NCBI GenBank assembly: GCA_951406725.2
Contig: OX597837.1
Coordinates: 23,312,001-23,376,000, forward strand
Reading direction: 5' to 3'
Length of the DNA stretch: 64,000 nucleotides
DNA from: Octopus vulgaris
Taxonomy: Eukaryota
The notes below the pieces were generated by a model. It worked only from the letters and a program-made list of their open reading frames with translations. It made no database searches and was not told the DNA's origin. Of this stretch, positions 1 through 12,510 are shown piece after piece; position 1 is the stretch's first letter; each line of letters starts with the position of its first letter. The position numbers were made by a program, and so were the translations under genes.

Positions 1-186
1 ATCGTCGTCATCATCATAATCATCATTATTATCAATATCATCATCACATCATCTTCGTCATTGTCATTGCCGTTGTCAGCATCCTTATCATCATAATTTT
101 TCTCATCATCATCATCATCATCGTCATCATCGTGGTCATCGTCATTGTTGTTATCGTCGTCGTCATCATCATCATCATCATCATCA
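1..186. repeat. Degenerate (ATC)n microsatellite
   Basis: ATC/GTC/ATT triplet runs. Confidence 0.9.
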
Positions 187-544
187 TTTTTCGCGAACAT
201 ATTGAAGCCTCCAGAACATCCTATGGGGAACTAGTCTGAAACTCTGAGATAATTGGAAACTGAACCCTAATTAAACCCTATCCCTCCACTGAATTTTTCA
301 CCATCTCCTATTGCTCATATTATATTGACTGCACTTCTGTAAAGATAATGTATGGCCCTCACAAGCCATTCATCTACCCCCTAGCTTCCTTAGCTAGCAC
401 CAGAACACAGAATGAGGGCCACTGTCAAGTTGACAAATGCCAGATAAGGGGACTTGACTCAAGGCTATGTACTTCTCTTGCAGATGCTTCACTAGGCATG
501 TGGAATCAGTGGTATGTTAGTGAGGCTATATAGGTGCAGGCAAA

Positions 545-745
545 GGTGGTGAGCTGGCAGAATTGTTAGCACACCGGGCAAAATGCTTAGCAGCTATGTT
601 CTGAGTTCAAATTCCGCCGAAGTCAACTTTGTCTTTCATCCTTCTGGGGTTAATAAATTAAGTACCAGTTGCGTACTGAGGTTGATCTAATCGACTGGCC
701 CCCTTCCTAAAAATTTCGGGCCTTGTGCCTAGAGTAGAAAAGAAT
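545..745 (+). mobile_element. SINE family B (tRNA-like head, Meta-domain-like core)
   Basis: GGTGGTGAGCTGGCAGAA...GAGTTCAAATTCC (B-box-like)...TTTCATCCTT..GGGGT..ATAAATTAAGTACCAG; about 11 copies in the window. Confidence 0.85.
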
Positions 746-749
746 ATAT

Positions 750-1197
750 AGGTGAAGGCATTAGTAGTATGGTAAGAAGTTTGCTTCCCATCCACCTGCT
801 TCCAGGTTCAGTCTCACTCTGTGGTACCTTGGGAGTGTTTTCTATTATGGCCTCAGGCTGACCAAAGCCTTATGAGGGGATTTGGTTCATGGAAACTGTA
901 AAGAAGCCCATCATATATGTATGTGAGGCATGCATGTGCGCAAGTGTGTGTGCATGCATGTGAATATGCATGTGTGTGTTTGAGTGTATGTCTGTGTTTG
1001 TATCCCACTACTGCTTGACAATCGGTGTTGGTGTGTTTACATCCCCATAACTTAGTAGTTTGGCAAAAGAGGCCAATAGAATAAGCACCAGATTTGAAAA
1101 CGTAAGTGCAGTGGTCAATTCATATAATTAAAATTCTCCAAAGCAGTTCCCCACGCTGGGGCACTGCCTTAGAGAAGTAAGGATAAAAAAAGAATAC
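750..1197 (+). mobile_element. SINE family A (tRNA-derived CORE-type, octopus OR-like), diverged
   Basis: Aligns to the family A consensus seen at 4225-4634. Confidence 0.8.
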
Positions 1198-1209
1198 ATA
1201 TATATACAC

Positions 1210-1600
1210 AGGGGTAGGTGTGGCACTGTGGTAAGAAGGTTGCTTCCAAACCATGTGATCACAGGTTCAGTCCCACTGACCAAAGCCTTGTGCATGGATT
1301 TGGTACACAGAGACTGAAAGAAGACTATTATATTTGTGTGTGTGTGTTTGTGTTTCTGTGTGTGTGTTTCTCTCTGTCCCCCACCACCATTTGACAACCA
1401 GTGTCGGTGTGTTTACTTCTCTGTAACTCAGTTGTTCAACAAAAGAGGCCAGTAAATTAAGTACTGGATTTTATAAAAATAAGTACTGGATTTTATAAAA
1501 ATAAGTACAGGGTCAACTCATTTGACTAAAATTCTTCAAGGCAGAGCCCCAGCAAGGTTGCAGTCCAATGACTGAAACAAATAGAAAAATAAAAAGAATA
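1210..1600 (+). mobile_element. SINE family A, diverged
   Basis: Head, internal (TG)n and CAGTCCAATGACTGAAACAA tail. Confidence 0.85.
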
Positions 1601-1636
1601 CATATAATTACATATCTGTTGTGCAAATTATTATAT

Positions 1637-2061
1637 TTACTCTTTCACTCTTTAACTTGTTTCAGTCATTTGACTGTGGCCATGCTGGAGCACCGCCTTT
1701 AGTCAAGCAAATCGACCCCAGGACTTATTCTTTGTAAGCCTAGTACTTATTCTATCAGTCTCTTTTGCTGAACCACTAAGTTACGGGTATGTAAATACAC
1801 CAACATCAGTTGTCAAGCGATGTTGGGTGTGGTGGGCAAACACAGACACACAAATATAAACACACACATATATATATATATGCATATATACGACAGGCTT
1901 CTTTCAGTTTCCGTCTACCAAATCCACTCACAAGGCTTTGGTTAGCCTGAGGCTATATTAGAAGACACTTGCCCATGGGGCCACACAGTGGGACTGAACC
2001 CAGAACCATGTGGTTGGTAAGCAAAAGCAAGCTACTTACCACACAGCCACTCCTACGCCTG
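1637..2061 (-). mobile_element. SINE family A, full length
   Basis: Reverse complement of the family A consensus. Confidence 0.9.
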
Positions 2062-2062
2062 T

Positions 2063-2365
2063 TTCTTAAAATGTTTTAGCTTCAAAGTTACTGTCATGCT
2101 GAGGCACCACCGTTGACTGAATTATACCTTTATTTGAAACCTCCTCGGACACGTGGCATTTGGTCAATGAGGGATTTTGATGCTGCTGGCCTCATCTTTG
2201 TTTCCTGCCATGAGGAAGGCTCATCTGGAAACCTTGACTGGAAGAGATCCAGTTTTGTCTTAACAACACTTACATCCACACCATGCAGGTCTCTCAGGCA
2301 TTTTGGAAGAATATTGAAGAGCTGTGGGCCCTTGAAGCCCAAGCTGTTGCAGCAGCTGGGCCTGT
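2063..2365 (-). mobile_element. CR1-like LINE 3' fragment (ORF2 C-terminus + 3' UTR)
   Basis: ORF 2130-2342: KGPQLFNILPKCLRDL...KTKLDLF..FPDEP, typical of CR1-group C-termini. Confidence 0.75.
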
Positions 2366-2409
2366 ATTATTAATAATATTAATATATTACATTATAATAC
2401 TAAGATATT

Positions 2410-2760
2410 GAGTTGGCAAAATTGTTAGCATGCTGGGCAAAATGCTTAGCCGTATTTCGTCTGTCGTTACGTTCCGAGTTCAAGTTCCGCCGAGGTCGAC
2501 TTTGCCTTTCATCCTTTTGGGGTCGATAAATTAAGTACCAGTTACGCACTGGGGTCGATGTAATCGACTTAATACCTATGTCTGTCCTTGTTTGTCCCCT
2601 CTGTGTTTAGCCCCTTGTGGGTAATAAAGAAATAGGTATTTTGTTTGTCCTTATGTTCTAAATTCAAATACTGTTGAGGTCAACTCTGCTTTTCGTCCTT
2701 TCAGGGTCAATAAAATAAGTACCAGTTGAACACTGGGATCAGTATAATTGACAGTCCCCT
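2410..2760 (+). mobile_element. SINE family B with partial tandem second unit
   Basis: Family B core occurs twice. Confidence 0.85.
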
Positions 2761-2842
2761 GATTTGCCAGCCCTTCTCAAATTCTCTAACCCATACCATC
2801 ATGAAAAAATGATGATGATAATGATGATGATGACAATGATCA

Positions 2843-2889
<47 letters not shown>

Positions 2890-2946
2890 AAATTAAAGAA
2901 GGAAACTTAGTTTTAATATACTTTTTAGCATAATTTATATTGTGGT

Positions 2947-2979
2947 TGTCAACTGGTTTCACTTTCGCTAATCATGACA
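2947..2979 (-). ncRNA. Minimal type I hammerhead ribozyme, A3:U8 core variant
   Basis: TGTC-ATGATTA-GC GAAA GT-GAAA-CCAG-TT-GACA. Confidence 0.6.
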
Positions 2980-3037
2980 TTAAAATTATTTTAATCATGT
3001 ATTTTCTTAAGAAAATACGTAATTAAAATAATTCTAA

Positions 3038-3070
3038 TGTTATGATTAACGAAAGTGAAACTGGTCAACA
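3038..3070 (+). ncRNA. Minimal type I hammerhead ribozyme, A3:U8 core variant
   Basis: TGTT-ATGATTA-AC GAAA GT-GAAA-CTGG-TC|AACA; predicted cleavage after 3066. Confidence 0.65.
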
Positions 3071-3188
3071 AACACAATATAAAATATGTTAAAAAATATA
3101 TTAAAACTATGTAAAATGTGTGCATTTTCCTTCTTTAATTTCTTATATGTATTACAACTCACCCCATGGGGATATATACATGTGTGTG

Positions 3189-3243
<55 letters not shown>

Positions 3244-3789
3244 GTATTTATATGTATATGTATATACATATATGTTAGATATATTGATGTAATGCTTGCA
3301 TTGATCAATTAAATGGAGCCGCTTGAAATGGATATAATGCACTAATACCTGGACATCCTTGTTACTTATTTGCTTTTTATACATATACATATATATGTAT
3401 CATTTAATATACACAATATTTAAATACAAGTTACTAATAGTTTGCTGCTGTGGAAAAATAATAATTTAGCAGATTTATATGTCAAGCCTTGTGTTTGAAT
3501 ACACAACACTGGTCTAATTTGAAAAACAGAATGCTTGCCTATGAGAAAACAAGAGGAAAAAAAGAGAAGGTGGATGTAAAAGGTGGTACAAGAAAACAAA
3601 AGGTGAATAAAAACATAAAAAGAAAGAAAGGAAAGAAAACCAAGTGTTGTGTCCCCTTTGTCCACCAAAAGTGGGGATAAGATAATCCAATGAGGAGAAG
3701 ACCAAAGGGTTTTATTCTCCACTTTGGCAAAAGGAACTTATCCATGTCCTTGTATTTACTAAAAATGCTGGATCTGGAATTAAGCAGTG

Positions 3790-4003
3790 TTGGTTTCAAA
3801 TTTTGGCACAAGGCCAGCAGTTTTGTGGGCAGGGTTAGTCAATTACATCAATCCCAGTACTCAACTGGTACTTATTTCATCAACCTCGAAAGGTTGAGAG
3901 GCAAAGTCGACCTCGGTGGAATTTGAACTCAGAATGTACAGATGAACAAAATGCCATCAAACATTTTGTCCAGTGTGTTAACAATTCAATCAGCTTGCCA
4001 CCT
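3790..4003 (-). mobile_element. SINE family B
   Basis: Reverse complement of the family B core. Confidence 0.8.
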
Positions 4004-4224
4004 TACGACACATAGCATAATGCTTGTAGCAACTGACTTTACTGAAAGCATCAGCCACAACATAAATCTTCCATCAATCACATTGACTTAAAATCAAAGA
4101 CACAAGGCAATGCAGCTGGTTTTGGAAATGCATATGACATTGCTAAGTCCCTCTTCCTTACAGTAAGTGAATTGATATAAATAAAAATAAAAAAAACGAT
4201 CGATATAAATAAAAATAAAAAAAA

Positions 4225-4634
4225 GGCGCAGGAGTGGCTGTGTGGTAGGTAGCTTGCTAACCAACCACATGGTTCCGGGTTCAGTCCCACAGCGTGGCAT
4301 CTTGGGCAAGTGTCTTCTACTATAGCCCCAGGCCGACCAATGCCTTGTGAGTGGATTTGGTAGACGGAAACTGGAAGAAGCCTGTCGTATATATATATAT
4401 ATATGTGTGTGTTTGTGTGTCTGTGTTTGTTCCCCTAGCATTGCTTGACAACCGATGCTGGTGTGTTTACGGTTCCCGTCACTTAGCGGTTCAGCAAAAA
4501 GAAACCGATAGAATAAGTACTGGGCTTACAAAAAAGAATAAGTCCCGGGGTTGAGTCGCTCGACTAAAGGCGGTGCTCCAGCATGGCCGCAGTCAAATGA
4601 CTGAAACAAGTAAAAGAGTAAAAGAGAGAGAGAG
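4225..4634 (+). mobile_element. SINE family A, young full-length copy
   Basis: tRNA-like head (TGGCTGTGTGG; GGTTCAGTCCC), CORE-like CATCTTGGGCAAGTGTCTT, internal (TA)/(TG) microsatellite, AGTAAAAG tail. Confidence 0.95.
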
Positions 4635-4805
4635 ATCAAATATAATATATACTAATCTATTTGATGTCTCCCAACAAATGGCAACCATGGAAGCTTACTT
4701 AATCTAACTGCAACCAGTTTTGAATGTTATTTCTTTATCTCAGGCTTTATCACTGTTATCAAGTCTCCTTTATAAATACTTTTTATCATATTTTTTCTCT
4801 CCATG

Positions 4806-4915
4806 TATGTGTGTGTGTGTATGTGTATGCGTGTGCATCTTTGTATGTAAGTATGTACATACACACACATATATATATATACATACATTCATACATATAT
4901 ATATATACATATATG

Positions 4916-4952
<37 letters not shown>

Positions 4953-5199
4953 GTTTATATATATATGTATATATATGTATATATATGTATATATATGTAT
5001 ATATATATATGTATATATATGTATATATATATGTGTATATATATAAATATATATGTGCATATATATATACATACATACATATACATGTGTATAAATTCAT
5101 TGGGGTATAAAAACCTGGTATATACTATATTAATCACGTCCACAGATACTGAAGTAGTAAAATGATTTGCTCACTTCATTTTTGATCTTTGTCATTCTG

Positions 5200-5287
<88 letters not shown>
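4806..5287. repeat. (TA)/(TG) compound microsatellite and (CTAT)n
   Basis: Visible dinucleotide and tetranucleotide arrays. Confidence 0.9.
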
Positions 5288-5288
<1 letters not shown>

Positions 5289-5334
5289 GCGTGTATATAT
5301 ACATATATATATGTGTGTGTGTGTATGTGTTTGT

Positions 5335-5646
5335 GCAGGTGCAATGGCCCAGTAGGAAGGGCAGTGGACTCGCGGTTGTAGGATCACGGTTTCAATTCCC
5401 AGACCGGGCGTTGTGAGTGTTTATTGAGCGAAAACACCTAAAGCTCCACGAGGCTCCTGCAGGAGGTGGTGGTGACCCCTGCTGTACTCTTTTGCCACAA
5501 CTTTCTCTCACTCTTTCTTCTGTTGGCCTGCTCGCTTAGCCAGAGGGGTGGCGTCATTTGCAGGCTAAAACAACGCGAAGCGCATTGTGACCAGCGATGT
5601 GTAGCAACATCTGATAGCCTGGTTGGTCATGGTGATCACAGTGATA
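5335..5646 (+). mobile_element. SINE family E (tRNA head) with RTE-like tail
   Basis: Head shared with the 55537-55917 copy; tail resembles the RTE 3' end at 42150-42223. Confidence 0.8.
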
Positions 5647-5691
5647 TATATATATATATACACATGTGCACACATACATACATACATACAT

Positions 5692-6017
5692 GTTGAGACC
5701 CCTTTTGGTCATGACTGACCATGGGATTGCACCTAGAAAGTTACCCTCCAAGGCACAAGTCTGGGCAAGGTTGTTTATGGAAGGCCAGCAGTTGCCCATG
5801 CATACCGGCCTCCCCTCTCAATGCTACCAGTGTTATCCAAAGGAAAGGCAAAGGCCAATACAGCTTGGCACCTGTGACGTCGCAGCTCATTTCTACTGGA
5901 GCAATGTGAAATAAAGTGTCTTGCTGAAGAACACAACACGCAGCCCGGTCCAGGATTCGAACTCACAACCTCACGATCATAAGCTCAAGACTCTAACCAC
6001 TGAGCCATGTGCCTTCA
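5692..6017 (-). mobile_element. SINE family D (tRNA head, CORE-like box, RTE-UTR-like body)
   Basis: TGGCTCAGTGG A-box, GAGTTCGAATCC B-box; second copy at 45768-46104. Confidence 0.85.
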
Positions 6018-6148
6018 CATGCACACACACACACACAGAGGTCTGGGCTGAGCAATCACAGAGCCCAGAACTATAGTGAAGTCACTTGCCCAAAGTACCA
6101 TGCAATGGGATGAACCCAAGGCCACATGTATGTATGTATGTATGTGTT

Positions 6149-6297
6149 TATGTCTCTTCTATTTTTTAATTATTATAAATCTTCCACTGAGGACGGAACC
6201 GGTTTCCAACAAACATACAAGGCTCCATCTTTGAGATGTAGTTAACACAGACAAATTCACATTTGGAACTTGAGAAAAGTCTTGTATATTTTTACTG
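6149..6297 (-). mobile_element. R4/Dong-like LINE extreme 3' end in (TATG)n
   Basis: Translates to VKIYKTFLKFQM*, like the C-terminus of the 24861 element; TATG repeats on both sides. Confidence 0.55.
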
Positions 6298-6305
6298 TAT
6301 GTATG

Positions 6306-6339
<34 letters not shown>

Positions 6340-6425
6340 TGTATGTATGTATGTATGTATGTATGTATGTATGTATGTATGTATGTATGCATGTATGCAT
6401 GCATGCATGCATGTATGTATGTATG

Positions 6426-6682
6426 TTTTGCTTTATGTGTTTTCATGCATACATTTGCATATCTAGACATGCTCATATATGCTTAAATGATAAATTTCTG
6501 GAAAGTTTTACAGATTTTTACAGTTCCAATGATGGATTGGCCCTGTGGTCTTCAACCCAGCTTTCTCCTTTCTGTTTTTGAGAAGCCTAATTTCTCAAGA
6601 TTGGTATTTAGGCAGTGTGTTACATATCCCAGCACCCCAATAATTACAGATATAAACATGAACTTGTAATCTAAATAGAATA
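6426..6682 (-). mobile_element. R4/Dong-like RLE LINE 3' fragment in (TATG)n
   Basis: DYKFMFISVIIGVLGYVTHCLNTNLEKLGFSK; same family as 24861-25338. Confidence 0.8.
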
Positions 6683-6768
6683 TGTGTGTATGTATGAATG
6701 CATGTATGTATGTATGTATGTATGTATGTATGTATGTATGTATGTATGTATGTATGTACATGTGTATG

Positions 6769-6814
<46 letters not shown>

Positions 6815-7236
6815 TATATGTATGTATGTATGTATGTATGTAAGTATGTTGTTATTTAGTTTTATTTCAAGATCTCATACCAATTGAGAAAGAGCTGGTT
6901 TCTAACCTAGATCCAAGGCTCCTTCATTGGAATTTCAACAACATCAACAGGCTATTTTTTGTGTGTATCCTTGCATGTATATATATATATATATATATGT
7001 GTGTGTAGATTTGTATGGTTGTTTTATGTGTGTATTTTCATGCATAGAGCTGGATATGTATATGCAGATACACAAACACACACACACATACACAAACAGA
7101 AAGATAGATAGATAAATAGATAGATAGATAGATAGATAGGTACATACATACATAGATACATACATACATACATACATACATACATACATACATACATACA
7201 TACATACATACATACATACATACATACATACATACA

Positions 7237-7268
<32 letters not shown>

Positions 7269-8274
7269 CATATATACAGACATACATATATACATACATA
7301 CATATTTTTTATTTAAGAAAAAACTTTCCTGCTCTTCCAAGTTTTTTTTTTTTTTAAAAAAGGGGTACATTTTTTTCATATTAACACATTTCCTTTCCTG
7401 GAAACACCTTTTTATTCTCAAATTTCATTATCTTTCATATGATATTGTGAAAAAAATAGAAAAGTAAAAAACTAAACATACAAAAATTCTAAAAAAAAAA
7501 CCACACTAATAATCAAATGAGAAAATAAAATTTAAAATTAACAAAAGAAACCCCACAAAAAATACGGTTAATAATATAATTTTTTTTTTGTTTGATGGCT
7601 GAGAATTTCTCTTTTTTTATCATATCGATGGCTTATATAGCTTACAAAAACTCTAGATATAATTTTAACTAAAGGACTAGCATGTTCTATACACTACCAA
7701 TCTATTCAATATCAATGACATTATGGAGACTGACATTCAGCTTTTATGGAATTTCTTGTAAGAACAATTCTAAGTAAACTCTAGTTTGAACCAAAAAAGA
7801 TGTATGTCTTTTTGTTTTTTGTTTTTTTGTTTTGGGATTGTTTTTTTTTCTTCTTTTTGTTTTGTTTACTTCTTATTCTTATGAAGCTGACACTCAGTAA
7901 CAATCATATTATCTTGGTTTCCATAGATATTCCTGGTTCTCTTTTTAGAAATTCGTACCTCAATAGTTCTTTTTTGTTTGTTTGTTTGTTTTTGTTTTAG
8001 TTATTTTTTTTTTTTGCAGTAAATGTGTGTTGTTGTGGGTTGGTGAAACAGTTTGGGAGGCTGGTCGAGGTTTTTTTGTACATATATATATATGTGTGTG
8101 CATTTGTGTGTGTGTGTGTGTGTGTGTGAGTGTGTGTGTGTGTGAGTATATATATTATACATATAAACATATATATATCTACATACATAATGTACTAAAG
8201 TATATGTACATATGTATATATAGATATGTTTATATATATATAAATATATATGCATGCATGTGTGTATATATTTG

Positions 8275-8312
<38 letters not shown>

Positions 8313-8365
8313 TATATTTGTATATGTATATATAAATATGTATGTATATCTGTGTGTGTGTGTAA

Positions 8366-8408
<43 letters not shown>

Positions 8409-8627
8409 TATATATATTTACATATATATAGATGCACTCACATATACACAAATATGCTCACACGTGTGTGTGTATGCATGTATATATATATATCTGCATA
8501 TGGTTTTTTTGTTATTCTCTCTACAAGACAAATATTTCTAGCAGCCAAATATTCTTCGATAGAGTCAAATATTGACTCCTGTCCCCCACACACTCTCTCA
8601 CTGCCTCTCTTTCTCATATATAAATTC

Positions 8628-8691
<64 letters not shown>

Positions 8692-8851
8692 GGAGAAATG
8701 TGTGTGTGATTATATATGTATATGTGTGCATATATGCATATATATATATTTGCATATGTATGTGTGTGCATATGTGTGTGTATATATTCATTATATACTT
8801 GCATGTGTGTGTATATGCATATATATATATATATGTATGTATATATATATG

Positions 8852-8906
<55 letters not shown>

Positions 8907-9351
8907 GTATGTATAGTTCTCCAACAATCTTTAGCTCTACAAAGATTTAAACAGATTAAGCTTTCTCATAAATCTCATAGAATTCTCTGTTGTGCACACC
9001 CGCACAGACACACACATACACACACACACATACACACACACATACACACACACATATACACACATATATACACCTATATTCAGAGAGAGAGATAAAGATA
9101 GAGGTATAAACATAAATAGAGATACACATATGCGCACGCATATATATATACACATACATATATGTATATATGAATATGTATGTGTGTGTGTGTTTCTGTG
9201 TATATGTATTTAGACATGCCCATACACACACACACCACACACACACATTCTCTCTCTCTTGTATAAACAGTTTCTTTTTCACACAAGTACACGCATGCTG
9301 AATGCACCTACTCACATGCAAATATGCATGAATTATTTTGCACACACACAC

Positions 9352-9392
<41 letters not shown>

Positions 9393-9780
9393 CACACACA
9401 CACACACTCACACAAAGACAGCTATAGACATAAACACCTCACCTAACATATGCAACTGTTGTTTTACACTCTTCTGTATTTCTACAATGCTGACGATATG
9501 AACACCAGCACCACCACCCTAACAACTACTACTAAGAACAGCAACAGCAACAACAACAACAACAACAACAAGCAAAACATCTGAAACACAGACTGTGACA
9601 ATATCAATATTTAAATAATAGCAACAGAAAGTTCTGTTGAGGAATCTGCTGAATGATGAGTTTTCTCCAAGAAGTCAGTGAGTTTGTCAACACAACGTTT
9701 AGTCGTGTGAAGGTGTTGAAATAAATTCTTCATTCTTAGTTCTACTCCAATATTACATAATTTCAAAATTTACCCATATG

Positions 9781-10260
9781 CTCTTTTACTCTTTTACTTG
9801 TTTCAGTCATTTGACTGCGGCCATGCTGGGGCACCGCCTTTAGTCACAGAAATCAACCCCAGGACTTATTCTTTGTAAGCCTAGTACTTATTCTATTGGT
9901 CTCTTTTGCCGAACCACTAAGTTTTGGGGACACAAACACACTAGAGTTGTCAAGTGGTGGTGGGGGGGAAAAACACAAAGATACATACATACATACATGC
10001 ATGCATACATGCATACATACATACATACATACATACATACATACATACATACATACATACATACATACATGCATACATACATACATATATATACACGATG
10101 AGCTTCTTTTGGTTTCTGTCTACCAAATCCACTCACAAGGCTTTGGTTGGCCCAAGGCTATTGTAGAAGACACTCACCAAAGGTAACATGCAGTGGGACT
10201 GAACCATGAACCATATGGTTGGGAAGCATGCTTCTTACCACACAGCCACACCTGCACCTG
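9781..10260 (-). mobile_element. SINE family A with expanded (CATA)n
   Basis: Family A consensus, reverse strand. Confidence 0.9.
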
Positions 10261-10331
10261 TATATTTGGTTTCAAATGTTAATTGTTGATGAGGCACTAC
10301 TTCTCTATTTTAATTGAATACATTATATTTA

Positions 10332-10408
10332 TATCATTATATAATGTAAGAAATTATCATTATATAATGTAAGAAATTATCATTATATAATGTAAGAAAT
10401 TATCATTA
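10332..10408. repeat. 23-bp tandem repeat, about 3.3 units
   Basis: TATCATTATATAATGTAAGAAAT repeated. Confidence 0.9.
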
Positions 10409-10410
10409 CA

Positions 10411-10444
<34 letters not shown>

Positions 10445-10663
10445 GACACCTCGAATATCATCAGGCACTCACAGCCCTCTGCCAGTTGGGCAATGGGATC
10501 ACTGGATGTTCCGCTTTAGAAATTTATAAAATATTACGAAAAATAAAGTAGATTGACAAGCTTATTTTTTAAACCTGTGGAAGACATACTGGATGTCAAA
10601 ATATGGTTCGCTTGATAACAATGGCACTCTTCTTTTTTTTGCTATTATTATTATTATTATTAA

Positions 10664-11683
10664 TGCCTTTCCTCCCATTGGACACAAAGACCTGTTGAGG
10701 CAAGCGAAGTCGATATAGAACCTCATCCGACGACAGGCACCCATGCCAACCCCCTTTGCTTGCGAAGACATGTTGGGGCAAGCGAAATCGAAATCGAAGT
10801 CAAAATCGAATTGAACCAGCCAGGATCCCTGGTCTGGTGGTACGTAAAAAGCACTATCCGACTCGTGGCCGATGCCAGCGCTGCCTCGACTGGCTTCCGT
10901 GCCGGTGGCACGTAAAATACACCAATCCGACCGTGGCCGTTGCCAGCCTCGCCTGGCACCTGTGCAGGTGGCACGTAAAAAGCACTATCCGACTCGTGGC
11001 CGATGCCAGCGCCGCCTCCACTGGCTTCTGTGCCGGTGGCACGTAAAATACACCAATCTGACCGTACGACAGGCACCCATGCCAACCCCCTTGCTTGCGA
11101 AGACATGTTGGGGCAAGCGAGATCGAATCGAACCAGCCAGGTTCCCTGGTCTGGTGGTACGTAAAAGCACTATCCGTCTCGTGGCCGATGCCAGCGCCGC
11201 CTCCACTGGCTTCCGTGCCGGTGGCACGTAAAATACACCAATCTGACCGTACGACAGGCACCCATGCCAACCCCCTTGCTTGCGAAGACATGTTGGGGCA
11301 ATCGAAATCGAATTGAACCAGCCTGGATCCCTGGTCTGGTGGTACGTAAAAAGCACTATCCGACTCATGGCGTAAAAAGCACTATCCGACTCATGGCCGA
11401 TGCCAGCTCCGCCTCGTCTGGCTTCCATGCCGGTGGCACATAAAATACACCAATCCGACGGTGGCCGTTGCCAGCCTCGCCTGGCACCTGGTCAGGTGGC
11501 ACGTAAAAAGCACCCACTACACTCACGGAGTGGTTGGCGTTAGGAAGGGCATCCAGCTGTAGAAACACTGCCAGATAAGACTGGAGCCTGGTGCAGCCTT
11601 CTGGCTTCCCAGATCCCCGGTCGAACCGTCCAACCCATGCTAGCATGGAGAACGGACGTTAAACGATGATGATGATGATGATG
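10664..11683 (+). mobile_element. SINE-like family C with expanded modular array, (ATG)n tail
   Basis: About 10 GGTGGCACGTAAAA modules, then TGGTTGGCGTTAGGAAGGGCATCCAGCTGTA (RTE 5'UTR-like) and CCATGCTAGCATGG...(ATG)n. Confidence 0.85.
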
Positions 11684-11718
11684 ATTATCATTAATATTAT
11701 TATTAATATTATTATTAA

Positions 11719-11757
<39 letters not shown>

Positions 11758-11767
11758 CATCATCATC

Positions 11768-11802
<35 letters not shown>

Positions 11803-11934
11803 TATTATTGAGTGATTGGGTAGCACAGACTATAAAAGTGAAGTTGGGGTACAAATATATGAAGCCCAATATACACAACATGACTACTTGTCTGATAAGG
11901 GTACGCTAGGCACATGCATCACAACCATAAAGTT

Positions 11935-12150
11935 GAACGAAATAGCATTAAGCATTTTTCCTAGTGTGCTAACAATTCTGGTTTTAAATTTTGCCACAAG
12001 AGCAGCAATTTTAGTGGAAGGGATGAGTCAGTTACATCGACCCCAGTATTTTACTGGCACTTAATATAATTGACCCCAAAAGGATGAATGGTAAAGTCGA
12101 CCTTGGCAGTATCTGAACACAGAATGTAGCAACGGTTGAAATACACTAAA
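11935..12150 (-). mobile_element. SINE family B, diverged
   Basis: GACCCCAAAAGGATGAATGGTAAAGTCGACC. Confidence 0.7.
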
Positions 12151-12162
12151 TAATTTTTAAAA

Positions 12163-12193
<31 letters not shown>

Positions 12194-12446
12194 AATAAGG
12201 GGTAAAATTGCAAGAGTGTAAATAATTAATAATAATAAAAAAAAATTAGACGAAATGTTGAATCATAAAACCTGTTGTTTTAGATCATCTAGCATTTTAA
12301 ATAAGGCTGGAATCATATTGACTCCATGGTACCAGTTAAGGATTAAGGATGATGAATGAACCACGTTTCCTGGGATGAATTATTCAAACTCCCAAAATTT
12401 CTCTTACATGGCTCTGATGCTCCCCTGAGTCTGCATTTCTGGTTTT

Positions 12447-12508
<62 letters not shown>

Positions 12509-12510
12509 GT

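Larger units (their letters stand above)
2887..3171. mobile_element. (TA)n-flanked palindromic element with a hammerhead in each arm
   Basis: Imperfect palindrome centred on ATTTTCTTAAGAAAAT (3001-3016), arms ~120 bp. Confidence 0.8.

Noticed and set aside
5940-6017. tRNA gene (also heads at 12511, 55845-55917, 56255)
   Set aside because: A/B boxes run straight into SINE bodies with no acceptor stem or terminator, so these are SINE heads.
4720-9501. YI/CV/MYVC-rich ORFs (also at 53-54 kb and elsewhere)
   Set aside because: Translations of TA/TG/CATA repeats.
9680-9728. miRNA-like hairpin in unique sequence
   Set aside because: Only ~14 bp with G-U pairs and a bulge; no match to bilaterian miRNAs I recall.
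10723-11428. CRISPR-like array or repeat protein
   Set aside because: The intervening segments are themselves repeated, there are no cas genes, and the context is a eukaryotic retroposon.
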